Source of the DNA: a virus
Taxonomy: Duplodnaviria > Caudoviricetes
Virus record (IMG/VR): IMGVR_UViG_3300049198_000021
Span: 32,001 to 96,000 of that record
Reading direction: 5' to 3' (one strand)
Length of the DNA stretch: 64,000 nucleotides
In this document: positions 46,710 to 57,157 of the stretch, piece by piece
Numbering within the stretch: the first letter of the stretch is position 1
Layout of the letters: the number at the start of each line of letters is the position of its first letter
The notes under the pieces: model-generated
The model's input: the letters and a program-made list of their open reading frames with translations, nothing else
Databases searched by the model: none
Told to the model about the DNA's origin: nothing
Position numbers and translations under genes: made by a program

Positions 46710-46850
46710 AGACTGGCGGGCTCCGGCCCGCCTTTCTTTTGCCGGTAACCAGCCGTTAACCTTAACAAGTCGTTACCACTAGGTGGAAAAAGTGATTGAC
46801 CGAATCGGTTGTGTCTCCTAGAAACGAATCAGTTGAAACGGAGACCGACC

Positions 46851-47147
46851 ATGAGCATCACATACCACACCACCCTGCCCGCTTGGGAACACGGTGAACT
46901 CGATGAAAGAGGCTGCCTACGCCCGACGAAAGGTAAGCTGATCTGGAGCAATACCAACCCGCCTCCGGCGATTGGCGACCGCGTTCGCATCCGCGTCAAC
47001 GGCATCGGCATGGCGACCGTGGAGTCCTACTTCGAACAGGAAGGCTATCTCGGCATCCTGACGACCGTTGACGCTTGGCCGACGTTCTTCGCCAAGCAGA
47101 ACGGCGAGGACCGCTCCTGCCACGCGTTCGGCGCTGAAATCGCTTAA
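46851..47147 (+). CDS. cassette gene, hypothetical
   Basis: Module RBS. Confidence 0.75.
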   Translation: MSITYHTTLPAWEHGELDERGCLRPTKGKLIWSNTNPPPAIGDRVRIRVNGIGMATVESYFEQEGYLGILTTVDAWPTFFAKQNGEDRSCHAFGAEIA

Positions 47148-47309
47148 AGACTGGCGGGCTCCGGCCCGCCTTTCTTTTGCCGGTAACCAGCCGTTAACCT
47201 TAACAAATCGGCCTAAGTTGTTAACCATCAAAGTGGAAAAACTACTTGACCGAATCGGCTGGAACGCATAGAAACGAATCACCGCAATCAAGCGGTTGGA
47301 GACCTGACC

Positions 47310-47732
47310 ATGCCTAAGTGGCAATACACCGGCGATATGTCGCTTGAATATGGCGGCTTCTACTGGAAAGACGAGGGTGATCCCGAGTCGGTGGAAGCCC
47401 TCAAGGTCACCCCTTGCAGCGACGCGGGCGGCCCCGACAACCTGTTCCACGTCGAATCGGGAACGGTCTACATGAACCCCGAACGCCTCGAATCGGCACT
47501 GGATGTCATCGGGCTCACGCCTGAAACGGCAAGCCGGGATGATGTGATCTACGCGTTCCAAGCCTATTCAGGACTGGACCGGGACGCCTACGGCGGCGAG
47601 CGGGTGATTCGCATCGGTCCGGATGAATCCGACTACATGCGCCGGTCCGGCGGGTGGAACCCGGAACCCGACGTAATCCTGCGCGCTGGGACCGATCTTC
47701 GCAAGTGGATTGAACGCAACTGGCTGGATTAG
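47310..47732 (+). CDS. cassette gene, hypothetical
   Basis: Module RBS. Confidence 0.8.
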   Translation: MPKWQYTGDMSLEYGGFYWKDEGDPESVEALKVTPCSDAGGPDNLFHVESGTVYMNPERLESALDVIGLTPETASRDDVIYAFQAYSGLDRDAYGGERVIRIGPDESDYMRRSGGWNPEPDVILRAGTDLRKWIERNWLD

Positions 47733-47864
47733 GTTAGGGGCTTAGGCCCCTTTCCTTTCCCGGTAACCTGCCGTTAACCTTAACAATCGGTTACCATTAA
47801 GTGGAAAAAGTGCTTGACCGAATCGGTTGTCTAACCTAGAACGAATCATCTAAGGAGACAGACC

Positions 47865-48200
47865 ATGAAACCTAAAGACATTGCCGTCGATTATTACAGA
47901 CAAACCCGCACCTATCATTGGCTTCCCCTTGACCCCACAAAAGCCGACTACGGCGCATCGTGGGGATTGCGGGGACCGCAAGGCACCACCTATCTGCTGA
48001 TCGCCGATCAATCCTATCCGGATTGGACACATCGCTTGGTTGCTATCGGGCAATACTCTGGACTCTATAACATGGAGACCGGGCGCGGCTCGGATGAGAT
48101 CGCCCGCGACATCGCATCCATCCTGAAAGCACACCCCGGCAATCTCGATATTGACCGCAAGATCAAGAAGGCTGACTTCGATTCGTGGGTGCTGGTATGA
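47865..48200 (+). CDS. cassette gene, hypothetical
   Basis: Module RBS. Confidence 0.75.
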   Translation: MKPKDIAVDYYRQTRTYHWLPLDPTKADYGASWGLRGPQGTTYLLIADQSYPDWTHRLVAIGQYSGLYNMETGRGSDEIARDIASILKAHPGNLDIDRKIKKADFDSWVLV

Positions 48201-48388
48201 CCACCGCCCTATTCCCCGCCCATTGGGGACCGCAAGGCCGGTTCTATCATCGCTCAAACGGGACGGCCTACGGACCTTCCCAACCGGGCGAAACGTTGGA
48301 GCAATACAAGGCCCGGATCAAAAACGCCTATGGCAACTTGCGGGGCGTTACGTTCCACGACGCAAACGAGGAGAGCCCCGGCGAATAG
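48197..48388 (+). CDS. cassette gene, hypothetical
   Basis: ATGA coupling. Confidence 0.6.
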   Translation: MTTALFPAHWGPQGRFYHRSNGTAYGPSQPGETLEQYKARIKNAYGNLRGVTFHDANEESPGE

Positions 48389-48508
48389 CCGGGACGATCC
48401 CGGTAACCAGCCGTTAACCTTAACAAGTCGTTACCACTAGGTGGAAAAAGTGCTTGACCGAATCGCTTGTGTTGCTTAGAAACGAATCAGTTGAAACGGA
48501 GACAGACC

Positions 48509-49009
48509 ATGCCAGACGCACGCGACTACACCGCCTTCCACGAAGTGGACGATGCAACATATGGGCGGGAAGCCCTACGCAAAGCCGACTTTGCCGCTTG
48601 CCCTATCCTCGCTGATTTCATCGCCACCATGCTGCAAGACTTGCAGTATCGGGAAGCGGATGAAGCTTGCGAGGAAGAGCGGGAAGAGGGCGACACCGGC
48701 ACCATCTACACCCTTGAAGAGGGTGTCTATCAGCGTTGCAAGACCCTCTGCGAAGAGTTCATGGAACGCAACGCAACGCACATCGCCGAAGCGCTTGATC
48801 TGGAACCGGGCTCCGATGGACTCCGCTATACCAGCAATCACATCACGCACGAACGAATCGGCTCAACGTTCTACATGCTACTTGTCGGGCACGGGGTTAG
48901 CTTCACCGATGATGGCAACGCCCCTTGCCTCGAAGCCTTGAACGCAGACACCCGATGCGAGCGCGGCGCTGAGTTCTACTTTGACGGGGAGCGCGTCTAT
49001 TACTGCTAA
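48509..49009 (+). CDS. cassette gene, acidic
   Basis: Module RBS. Confidence 0.8.
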   Translation: MPDARDYTAFHEVDDATYGREALRKADFAACPILADFIATMLQDLQYREADEACEEEREEGDTGTIYTLEEGVYQRCKTLCEEFMERNATHIAEALDLEPGSDGLRYTSNHITHERIGSTFYMLLVGHGVSFTDDGNAPCLEALNADTRCERGAEFYFDGERVYYC

Positions 49010-49160
49010 GGGAAGGCGGGGCAACCCGCCTTTTCCTTACCGGTAACCGATCGTTAAGGTTAACACACCAACCGATCTTGTTAACCATCAAAGTGAAAAA
49101 AGTGCTTGACCGAATCACTTGGCTGTCCTAGAAACGAATCACCAACAACGGAGACAGACC

Positions 49161-49400
49161 ATGCAGACCGCAGTTCAACGCCTTAACGAAGCCGCTAAGA
49201 CCTCATTCATGAAGCCGCAGTGCTTCAAGGGTGGTGAGATTCAGGAAGCTATCATGGAAGCTGGCCTCGATCTCGAAGACGACAAGGTTTATGCCCGCCT
49301 GTCGGCAAACGGCTATCTGGATTGCACCGATTGGAGCGGCCCTTACGATAGCGTGGAAGAGGCGGCGGAAGGCTTGCTTTCCCTATACTTCGAAGATTAA
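49161..49400 (+). CDS. cassette gene, hypothetical
   Basis: YARLSANGYLDCTDW; module RBS. Confidence 0.75.
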   Translation: MQTAVQRLNEAAKTSFMKPQCFKGGEIQEAIMEAGLDLEDDKVYARLSANGYLDCTDWSGPYDSVEEAAEGLLSLYFED

Positions 49401-49722
49401 GGAGAGCTTGACGTGGTGCAAATGAACGAAACAGCAATCCAAGCGCCGCGCTATGACGGGCGAATCATCCGGGCGATTAACGGCGGAACCGTCAAGGTAG
49501 GTGGCGGATGGGACCCGGAACGACCGCGACGACTCGACTTCGACACCATGCCTTGTGTGTGGGTGTGAGGGGCTTCGGCCCCTCTCTTTTTGTCTGGTAA
49601 CCAGCCGTTAACCTTAACAGCGCGGTAACTAAATGGAAAAACTTCTGGACGAATTGGCTTGCGAATCGCTGGCGACTCACCTAGGAAGAGTTCAGCGCAA
49701 TTCCGCGCTTGGAGACGACCAA

Positions 49723-50157
49723 ATGTCATCACCTTTCCTCCCGTCGGTGCAAGAGCAACTGCAATCGCGCCGCGACGAATCCGAAACCGAGTTCGCTGTG
49801 ACCCACATCGATACTTGCCTTTCCTCATTCCTGAATGACCACCACAATCGCGATGGCGAATTGCTGCTGGGCGTTTTCGTGGATGGTAACGCCACTGTCG
49901 GGCAAGTGCTGGACGGCTTGCGCGACGAATATCGCCAGATCGCCTACGAGATGGGCGAGAATCGGCTGGGCTTCGATTACGACGCCGGCTTGGCTGCCAT
50001 CGATTCGGTGATCGCCGAGAACGACGATAATCGTGACAAGCCGTTTGACGCTTCGCTGGACGTTCTGGGCGAAGACGACGATTGCAGCGAATCGTGCCAA
50101 GCGTGGTTCCTCATCCACTGGGACGTTCCGGAAGAGGAGGACGGCTCATCGGATTGA
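49723..50157 (+). CDS. cassette gene, very acidic
   Basis: Module RBS. Confidence 0.75.
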   Translation: MSSPFLPSVQEQLQSRRDESETEFAVTHIDTCLSSFLNDHHNRDGELLLGVFVDGNATVGQVLDGLRDEYRQIAYEMGENRLGFDYDAGLAAIDSVIAENDDNRDKPFDASLDVLGEDDDCSESCQAWFLIHWDVPEEEDGSSD

Positions 50158-50246
50158 TGGATGCGGTTGTCCGCTTAATCGTTGGAGTTCTTTTCCTGAT
50201 CCTTGCAACTGGGCTGGCCGCGTGCCAGCCCCTTTTCTTTGGGTAA
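50157..50246 (+). CDS. 29-aa lipobox micro-peptide
   Basis: MDAVVRLIVGVLFLILATGLAACQPLFFG; TGATG coupling. Confidence 0.55.
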   Translation: MDAVVRLIVGVLFLILATGLAACQPLFFG

Positions 50247-50347
50247 CCATTCGTTAAGGTTAACAATACGTGGAGCCCGGTGGAAAAAGTGCTTGACCGA
50301 ATCGCTTGCGTCACCTAGGAACGAATCAGTTGAAACGGAGACAGACC

Positions 50348-50605
50348 ATGAAGCCGCATCCATCTCTTGAAGTAACCCGCCCGGATGAAGTCGCCGAGTG
50401 TTGGGAAGGTATCTACGAAGTTCCCGGTCTTTATCAGGCGCTGTGGGGTTGCGTGGGTGATTACAAGGCCCCTTCGCCGGAAGTATCGGAAGAGCCCTGC
50501 CACGGCATGGATTCGGTGGCTGACTTCTGGGATCGGTTCTCGGACGATCACAAGGCGGCGCTCAATGCAGCCGCCGAGGCGCAAGACGCGCTCTGGGGAG
50601 AATGA
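50348..50605 (+). CDS. cassette gene, acidic
   Basis: Module RBS. Confidence 0.75.
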   Translation: MKPHPSLEVTRPDEVAECWEGIYEVPGLYQALWGCVGDYKAPSPEVSEEPCHGMDSVADFWDRFSDDHKAALNAAAEAQDALWGE

Positions 50606-50856
50606 CCATGAAGATTTTCGTTATCACCGACACCGACTGCAACGGGGAAGACCGGAGCCTTATCGTGGCGGCTCGCGACACCGAAGGAGCCCGCCAAGAG
50701 TGGCAGGCATACTACGAGATCGAAGACGATGACGAAGACGGCACCATGCCCGACCGCATCTTCAAGACCGAATTGATGCTACCACCCGGTTACAATCAGC
50801 CCTTCCCGCTGGGATGGCACAACGACCATATGCATCAGGTCGCCGGGTTGCTTTGA
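50602..50856 (+). CDS. cassette gene, acidic
   Basis: ATGA coupling. Confidence 0.7.
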   Translation: MTMKIFVITDTDCNGEDRSLIVAARDTEGARQEWQAYYEIEDDDEDGTMPDRIFKTELMLPPGYNQPFPLGWHNDHMHQVAGLL

Positions 50857-51012
50857 GGGGAGGGGCTTAGGCCCCTCTCTTTTTACCTGTAACCCTTCGT
50901 TAAGGTTAACAGCCCGACAAGCTCTGGAAAAATAAATGGAGAAAGTGCTTGCGCGAATCGAATCACTGGCCTATTACCGAATCACCGGCACGGAGCCGGA
51001 AGGAGAAAGACC

Positions 51013-51459
51013 ATGCAAGACGCCTCAATTTTCAAGCGCCGTGAAACGACCTTCAACGGTGGCGAATCGACCACTGGGACATTCATCCCCAAGCAGACCG
51101 TCACGATCGGGCGGTGTGTTGACGAAAACGAAGACATCTGGACCGTTACGGACGTGAACGGCAAAACCCACCGGGTTGATGGATGCGAGTTGCACCCGCA
51201 CCCGGAAGCCGCGCTGACCAACATCGAGTTCATGAATCTGGTCATGACGTGGTGCAAGACCCCGTTGATGCACGCCTTCATCTTTCAGGCGCTGGATCAA
51301 TACGCCAAGGCTGTCGTCAAGGCAGACGTGGCGACGCTCGAAACCCCGTTCATCGCCGGGGCGGCGTGGCAGGAAACGGCCCGTGAATATATGGGCTTCG
51401 CTGTCGCCCGTGAATACGTGGAGAAAGAGCGCCACAAGGAATTGACTCCGGCCGATTGA
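51013..51459 (+). CDS. cassette gene, hypothetical
   Basis: AGGAG RBS. Confidence 0.75.
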   Translation: MQDASIFKRRETTFNGGESTTGTFIPKQTVTIGRCVDENEDIWTVTDVNGKTHRVDGCELHPHPEAALTNIEFMNLVMTWCKTPLMHAFIFQALDQYAKAVVKADVATLETPFIAGAAWQETAREYMGFAVAREYVEKERHKELTPAD

Positions 51460-51638
51460 GCCTTCGGGCTCTCGGCAGAGGGGCAGGGTTTGGTCGCCCT
51501 GCCCCTCACCTTTTTCTGGTAGGGACCCGTTAACCTTAACAAATAGGGCCGGGTTGTTAACTCTGAAAGTGGAGAAAGTGCTTGACCGAATCACTTGCTT
51601 CGGGCAGAAACGAATCACCACAACCGGAGATAGACCAA

Positions 51639-52055
51639 ATGGACGTTTATGTTTTCCAAGCCGCGCTGATCTGCGACACTTGCGGCACGCTCTACAAGCA
51701 AGGCACGGACCGCCCGGCTCACGTCGATGAAAGCGACGAGTCCAGCTACGACTCGGACGATTGGCCCAAAGGCCCTTACGGGGATGGCGGCGGTGAGGCT
51801 GATAGCCCCTGCCACTGCGATCACTGCGGGGTGTTCCTCGACAATCCCTTGACCGGCGACGGGGAGACCTATGTCCGCGACGCTTTCCGGGAGTTCGTGG
51901 AGACCGGGCGGGGAAGCCTCGAAGTTCTCGCCGAGTGGAAAGCGGCCTATGACTGGGTGTGGTCGGACTTCGAGTCCATCACCCTCGAAGGGATGCGAGA
52001 GGAAGGTATCACCGATATTTGCGAGCGCCGCGCCGCGTCCCTCGAAGCGGCCTAA
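51639..52055 (+). CDS. cassette gene, acidic Zn-finger
   Basis: CDTC...CDHC; module RBS. Confidence 0.8.
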   Translation: MDVYVFQAALICDTCGTLYKQGTDRPAHVDESDESSYDSDDWPKGPYGDGGGEADSPCHCDHCGVFLDNPLTGDGETYVRDAFREFVETGRGSLEVLAEWKAAYDWVWSDFESITLEGMREEGITDICERRAASLEAA

Positions 52056-52168
52056 TGGGTTGCCTTGACGCAATCGCCCGCGCCCTTCTGGGTGTGCTAC
52101 TGCTGATCATGGCTGCCGGGGTTGCGTCATGCACCCCGGCATTTTTATTTCTGGTAACGGTTCGTTAA
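52055..52168 (+). CDS. 37-aa lipobox micro-peptide
   Basis: MGCLDAIARALLGVLLLIMAAGVASCTPAFLFLVTVR; TAATG coupling. Confidence 0.55.
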   Translation: MGCLDAIARALLGVLLLIMAAGVASCTPAFLFLVTVR

Positions 52169-52276
52169 CCTTAACGAATACATTCACCTTGTTAACCATC
52201 TTTGAAGTGGAAAAAGTGCTTGACCAAATCACTTGCACCGCCTAGAAACGAATCACCAACAACGGAGACAAACCAA

Positions 52277-52696
52277 ATGAGCGAACATGCAATCAGCAAT
52301 GCAAGGGGCTGGCTCTCGACAATCGCGGGCGCTATCGCCGCAAGTCATGCACTTGAGCAAGGCGACGAGTCGGCTGAGTTCGACGGCGAAACCTTCACGG
52401 ATGCCGAGGACGTTCTGCAACGGATTCACGAAATGCCGCTTTCCGTGGAAGTGCGCGGGGCTTGGCATTCTCCGGGCGACGACGAAGCCACCAAACCTGA
52501 CGAGTTCCGGATTCTGCTCTCGACCGGCGGCCCTGCTCTCCAACTGGTGGGCGATCTGGACGAACACGGCCAACCATCGGAGCCGCGCTTGCAGTGGCAG
52601 GACTGGGGCACGCCGTGGACCACCTACCACGACACAAGCGAGGAAGAAGACGAAGCCTTGCAGATTTTTGCAGGCTGCTTCTACTTCGGCGAATGA
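52277..52696 (+). CDS. cassette gene, acidic
   Basis: ILLSTGGPA...QDWGTPW; module RBS. Confidence 0.8.
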   Translation: MSEHAISNARGWLSTIAGAIAASHALEQGDESAEFDGETFTDAEDVLQRIHEMPLSVEVRGAWHSPGDDEATKPDEFRILLSTGGPALQLVGDLDEHGQPSEPRLQWQDWGTPWTTYHDTSEEEDEALQIFAGCFYFGE

Positions 52697-52864
52697 ACAG
52701 GGAGGGGCTTAGGCCCCTCTCTTTTTGTCTGGTAACCAGTCGTTAAGGTTAACAGAATCGGCCGATCGCATTAACCATGTGTGCAGGTGGAAAAACTTGT
52801 TGACCTAATCCGTGGAATGTGCGAATCACAAGTCACGGCGAATCAACGCCGACGGAGACAGACA

Positions 52865-52996
52865 GTGCGAATCATCTACAAGGAAAAAGCAGACGGAAGC
52901 CTCAAGCGCGTTGATCGCGCCGACAAGCTGGAACGCCGCAAGGCCCGCCGCAACAAGGCTGAGCGCCAGCGCTTCGCCTTCGCTCACAACGCCTAA
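52865..52996 (+). CDS. cassette gene, small basic peptide
   Basis: GTG start after module RBS; Arg/Lys-rich. Confidence 0.55.
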   Translation: MRIIYKEKADGSLKRVDRADKLERRKARRNKAERQRFAFAHNA

Positions 52997-53007
52997 GGGG
53001 CTCGACC

Positions 53008-53646
53008 ATGCCGACCGAAAAAACCATCACGCTCTACACCTATGATGAATTGAGCGAGACCGCCAAAGACACCGCCCGTCAATGGTGGCTGGAAGGGCGC
53101 GACTCGACCGATTATCACGGGGTAACCGAAGACTTCGCCACAATCGTCAAGCTGATGGGCTTCGACTTGACGACTCACAGCGTGCGGCTGATGAATGGCA
53201 GCACGCGGGAAGAGCCTAACATCTGGTGGAGCCTCGGCTATTGTCAAAGCGACTTCGCAGGCTTCGAAGCCCGTTACAGCTACGCCAAGGGCGGCGCGGC
53301 TGCTGTCAAGGACTACGCCCCCAAGGACGAGACCTTGCACGCAATCGCCGCTTCGCTGCAAGAAATGCAGAAGCGCAACTTCTGGCAAATCAGCGCCAAG
53401 ATTCGGTTTGACGACCGGCGCGGCTATGACATCGCCGAAGTTCTCAAGGACGGCTGCTATATGTATGGCAGCGACGCCGAAGACGACGCCGAGTCGGTGA
53501 TCCGGGAAGCGTGCAAGGACCTTTCAAGCTGGCTCTATGCCCGACTCCGGGAAGAGGACGAATATCTCTCCAGCGATGAACACGTTGCCGACGCTATGGA
53601 AGCGAACGGCTACACCTTCCGGGAAGACGGAACGCGGGAAGACTGA
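53008..53646 (+). CDS. cassette gene, conserved mobile-element protein
   Basis: LYTYDELSETAK..AR.W...EYLSSDE.V...EANGYTF..DG; family often loosely labelled antitoxin, function unproven. Confidence 0.7.
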   Translation: MPTEKTITLYTYDELSETAKDTARQWWLEGRDSTDYHGVTEDFATIVKLMGFDLTTHSVRLMNGSTREEPNIWWSLGYCQSDFAGFEARYSYAKGGAAAVKDYAPKDETLHAIAASLQEMQKRNFWQISAKIRFDDRRGYDIAEVLKDGCYMYGSDAEDDAESVIREACKDLSSWLYARLREEDEYLSSDEHVADAMEANGYTFREDGTRED

Positions 53647-53809
53647 AAGGGACCCGGCGGCTCTGAGAAGTGCCGCCGGGTTTCTCTTTTTGGGTAACTG
53701 GTTGTTAAGGTTAACGCCGGGTTACCAGAGGTGGAAATAGTGCTTGACCGAATCACTGGAAAATGCGAATCAGGGGTTACCGGAAGAGACCGGAAACAGG
53801 AGACAGACC

Positions 53810-54118
53810 ATGAAGACAATCTTTGAAATCCCCACCAGCGGTGACGACATGACCATGCCGGGCGGGATCGCCCTTCGCTTCAACGAAAGCCGGAACGAGT
53901 TTGTGGTTCACAACTACAGCACTGACCGGGCAACCGGAACCGAGCGCAACTATTTTCAGGGAAGCTATTTCTGCTCTGAGAGCCAAAGCCTCGCTACGAA
54001 ATTCTCGGAAGCCTTGAGCGAGTTCCATTACCGCGTTGAAAAGGCTTCGCGCTATCAGACCGGCGGTTCGCTCGACATGGAAACGCTGCTGGGCTTGTCG
54101 GCAGGTATACCCGCATAA
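53810..54118 (+). CDS. cassette gene, hypothetical
   Basis: Module RBS. Confidence 0.75.
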   Translation: MKTIFEIPTSGDDMTMPGGIALRFNESRNEFVVHNYSTDRATGTERNYFQGSYFCSESQSLATKFSEALSEFHYRVEKASRYQTGGSLDMETLLGLSAGIPA

Positions 54119-54206
54119 CACCGGGACCCGGCACCCTGAGAACAGGGGCCGGGTTTCCAAACACCGGCGGGACCCGGCCCACTGAGAACAGGGGCCGGGT
54201 TTCCAA
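54119..54206 (+). repeat. tandem duplicated hairpin with CTGAGAACA loop
   Basis: GGGACCCGGC..CTGAGAACAGGGGCCGGGTTTCCAA x2. Confidence 0.75.
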
Positions 54207-54336
54207 TTCTGGTAACCAATCGTTAAGGTTAACAGAGCGGCCGAATGGGTTAACCATCAAAGTGGAAAAAGTGCTTGACCGAATCACTGGGAACGGGCAA
54301 ACGAATCAGGCGCACTCAAGCGCCGGAGACAAACCA

Positions 54337-54621
54337 ATGCCCAAACTATACAACGCGGACATCAGCATCACCGCGACCGCATACGTGATCGCTGAGAACG
54401 AAGACGAAGCACGGGAAAAGATCAGCGCCCTTCAAGGCAGCTACATCGAATTTTCCGACCGCAGCCAGCAAGTGGCAGACGACCTGTTCGTGACCGGCGA
54501 AACCTATGGCCCTGACATGCCGGAACTGTCGCTGAGCCCTGCCATGACCATCAATCACAGCGCGACGCGCCCCTACGTTTGTCTGGTCGAAGAACTGGGC
54601 GAAGAAGAGGAAGAAGCCTGA
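54337..54621 (+). CDS. cassette gene, acidic
   Basis: Module RBS. Confidence 0.75.
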   Translation: MPKLYNADISITATAYVIAENEDEAREKISALQGSYIEFSDRSQQVADDLFVTGETYGPDMPELSLSPAMTINHSATRPYVCLVEELGEEEEEA

Positions 54622-54893
54622 TGCACGAATCCAATCAAGCCCGGATCGACTGGGCAAAGAACGCCCTCGATACCTTCACCATCGAAACCTACGGCGGACG
54701 GCCTTATTCGACACTTGAAGCGCAATGCGCTGATTGCGAAGAAGGCGACGGGGACGACTACACAGCCGTGCAAGACCTTATCGGCGATTTGCTCCATGTG
54801 GCCCACGAACGGGGCTGGAACACCGCTGAGATCATTCGGCGGGCGGAAGCAAACTTCGTCTATGAAGCTGCGCCAGATTATCAAGGCGACTAA
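54621..54893 (+). CDS. cassette gene, helical (DLIGDLLH motif)
   Basis: TGATG coupling. Confidence 0.7.
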   Translation: MHESNQARIDWAKNALDTFTIETYGGRPYSTLEAQCADCEEGDGDDYTAVQDLIGDLLHVAHERGWNTAEIIRRAEANFVYEAAPDYQGD

Positions 54894-55249
54894 ACCGGGA
54901 GGGGCTTCGGCCCCTCTTTGGATCGCATTCATTTTGGATCGCCACCGCTTTGGACCGGGCCGATTTTGGATCGGGCCGGTTTTGGTTTTGGACCGTTTCG
55001 ATTTTCATGATCGCCGCCATTTTGAAGGCAGCGCGACCGGGCCGAATCAGTTGATCAAGCGTTAACCAAACCGACCGGAACCGATGGTTAACAAAACTGA
55101 TCATTCTGTTAAGGTTAACGAAATCGTGGAAATCGTTAACAAATATGGTTAACAAAATACCCCTATTTGTTAACCATCAAAATGGAAAAAGTGCTTGACC
55201 GAATCAGCGAATCGCCCTAGAAACGAATCACCAACAACGGAGACAGACC

Positions 55250-55576
55250 ATGCTTTCACTGGATCAATACACTGGCCGCCACGAAGCCGCCGCCGTTCGC
55301 CGCCTGATCGGGCACGCCCTCGCACAAGACTGGACGGTGAGCGTCAATGACGGGGAAGAATGGACCGTCAAGAAATCCCGCGACAGCGACGAAATTCTGG
55401 CGGCGCTCGCCACAACCGGCGAAGACACCCTGAAATTCCGCGACCCGGAAGGCAAGGCCGTCGGGACTATGTATCTGGTTTATCAGGGCGGCGACAACCC
55501 CGGCGACGAAGTTGTTTGCGACTACAGCGACAACGAATCGATGGATTATCTCTACCGCCGGACATTCCCGGCTTGA
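55250..55576 (+). CDS. cassette gene, hypothetical
   Basis: Module RBS. Confidence 0.8.
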   Translation: MLSLDQYTGRHEAAAVRRLIGHALAQDWTVSVNDGEEWTVKKSRDSDEILAALATTGEDTLKFRDPEGKAVGTMYLVYQGGDNPGDEVVCDYSDNESMDYLYRRTFPA

Positions 55577-55751
55577 CAACGGGCGGGGAGGGAAAACCCT
55601 CCCCGTTGCCGATTCGTTCCATGGTTAACGGAATCGGAGGATTTGTTAAGGTTAACGAATGGGTTAAAGTTGTTAACCATCAAAGTGGAAATAGTGCTTG
55701 ACCGAATCGCCTATGCCGACTAGAAACGAATCAGTTGAAACGGAGACAGCA

Positions 55752-55904
55752 ATGGCGAAAAACTGGGAAGCGTTCTTTGCAGCGATGAGCGATTCCGATC
55801 TACTATCGGCACAGCTTACTTGGGGCCGTGAGGGGGAGGACAGCGAAAACTTGGAAGCTTGGGCTGCCGTGAATCAGGAAGTTTTCGAACGGGGTTTGGA
55901 GTAG
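55752..55904 (+). CDS. cassette gene, 50-aa acidic
   Basis: Module RBS. Confidence 0.65.
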   Translation: MAKNWEAFFAAMSDSDLLSAQLTWGREGEDSENLEAWAAVNQEVFERGLE

Positions 55905-55930
55905 GGGCTGCGGCCCCTCTCTTTCTGCTC

Positions 55931-55945
55931 TTAACCCGGCGTTAA
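55931..55945. promoter_or_regulatory. perfect CtrA box TTAA-N7-TTAA (others at 39721, 39782, 39844, 39874, 56326, 58875, 60875)
   Basis: TTAA-CCCGGCG-TTAA matches the established alphaproteobacterial CtrA consensus. Confidence 0.7.
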
Positions 55946-56059
55946 GGTTAACGTAATGAGGTAAATCGTTAACCATAGAAGTGGAAATTAAATGGAAAAA
56001 GTGCTTGACCGAATCAGCGAATCACCTTAGACCGGGATCACCAACAACGGAGACGACCG

Positions 56060-56293
56060 ATGGAACTCGCTGAATACTTCACTTGCCCGGACCGCCCGAC
56101 CTTCCTGCAATTCGGCAAGCTGGTGAATGCCCGCCTCGAATCGCGCTGCGGCCTCGGCATCCTCGACTTGCCGGATCAGGATTATTCCAGCCTTCACGAA
56201 GACTGGGACGGGACCGTCCAGCACGCCTGTGACATCGCAGACGAAATCCTCGAAGAAGAAGGCTTCGGGATGGATGAAGATTACGACTTTTGA
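56060..56293 (+). CDS. cassette gene, very acidic
   Basis: Module RBS. Confidence 0.75.
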   Translation: MELAEYFTCPDRPTFLQFGKLVNARLESRCGLGILDLPDQDYSSLHEDWDGTVQHACDIADEILEEEGFGMDEDYDF

Positions 56294-56460
56294 GAGAAGG
56301 GGCTTCGGCCCCTTTTCTTTTGCCCTTAACTCCGCGTTAAGGTTAACAGATCGGACCACTTTGTTAACCATTAAAATGCAAGCAAGTGGAAAAAGTGCTT
56401 GCACGAATCAGTGGCCTAGGGCAAACGAATCAGGCGACACAGAGCCGCCGGAGACGACCT

Positions 56461-56760
56461 ATGACAACCCTGAGCATCAAGACCGCCCGCCCCGCCGCCA
56501 CCATCCGCGCCGAGCGCATCGCCTACGATCGCATCCCCGCGACGCCCGCCGAGCGCGCCACCGCCCTCGCCCTCCTGATCGACGGGGACGCATGGACCCT
56601 CGCCGAATACGTCGCGTGGATCAACCGCGACGCCGCCACCTTCGCCCTCATGGGTGCGGCTGAGTGGGCCGAGCGCGGCATCACCACCGCTTCCGCCCTT
56701 GGCGACCTTCTGGACGCCGAGAATGAGCGCAACCTGAGAAAAGAGGCCATGTATGGCTAA
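56461..56760 (+). CDS. cassette gene, hypothetical
   Basis: Module RBS. Confidence 0.75.
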   Translation: MTTLSIKTARPAATIRAERIAYDRIPATPAERATALALLIDGDAWTLAEYVAWINRDAATFALMGAAEWAERGITTASALGDLLDAENERNLRKEAMYG

Positions 56761-57157
56761 GAAACTAGCCGCCGCTTATGCGGCTGTCACCGAGGCACAC
56801 AAAGCCCACGAAGACGCCCTAAACGCCGCTGAGGCCGCTTTGACGGATCATGTGGAGCAAATGCTAACCGAACTCGCCAAGCGGTTCCCGCGCCGACGCT
56901 TCTACGCCTCATCAGGGATGGGAAGCCTTTCTATCGAAGTCTATCCCGGACCTAAGCCGCGTTACGCACACCACCCGCGCCAGCCTTACAAATGGTTCTG
57001 GGGCGGAATGTGGGGACCGGATAACACTTGGCGATTCCTGTGGCAGGATTGGGAAGACCTGCTCGATTCGTTCATCAAAGAGACCGGGCAGACCGCTAAC
57101 GATTACGTCAACTTCACCCGTGAACTTGACGTGAGGGGCACACGCTACAAGGATTAA
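56753..57157 (+). CDS. cassette gene, hypothetical
   Basis: GAGG RBS, overlap. Confidence 0.7.
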   Translation: MAKKLAAAYAAVTEAHKAHEDALNAAEAALTDHVEQMLTELAKRFPRRRFYASSGMGSLSIEVYPGPKPRYAHHPRQPYKWFWGGMWGPDNTWRFLWQDWEDLLDSFIKETGQTANDYVNFTRELDVRGTRYKD

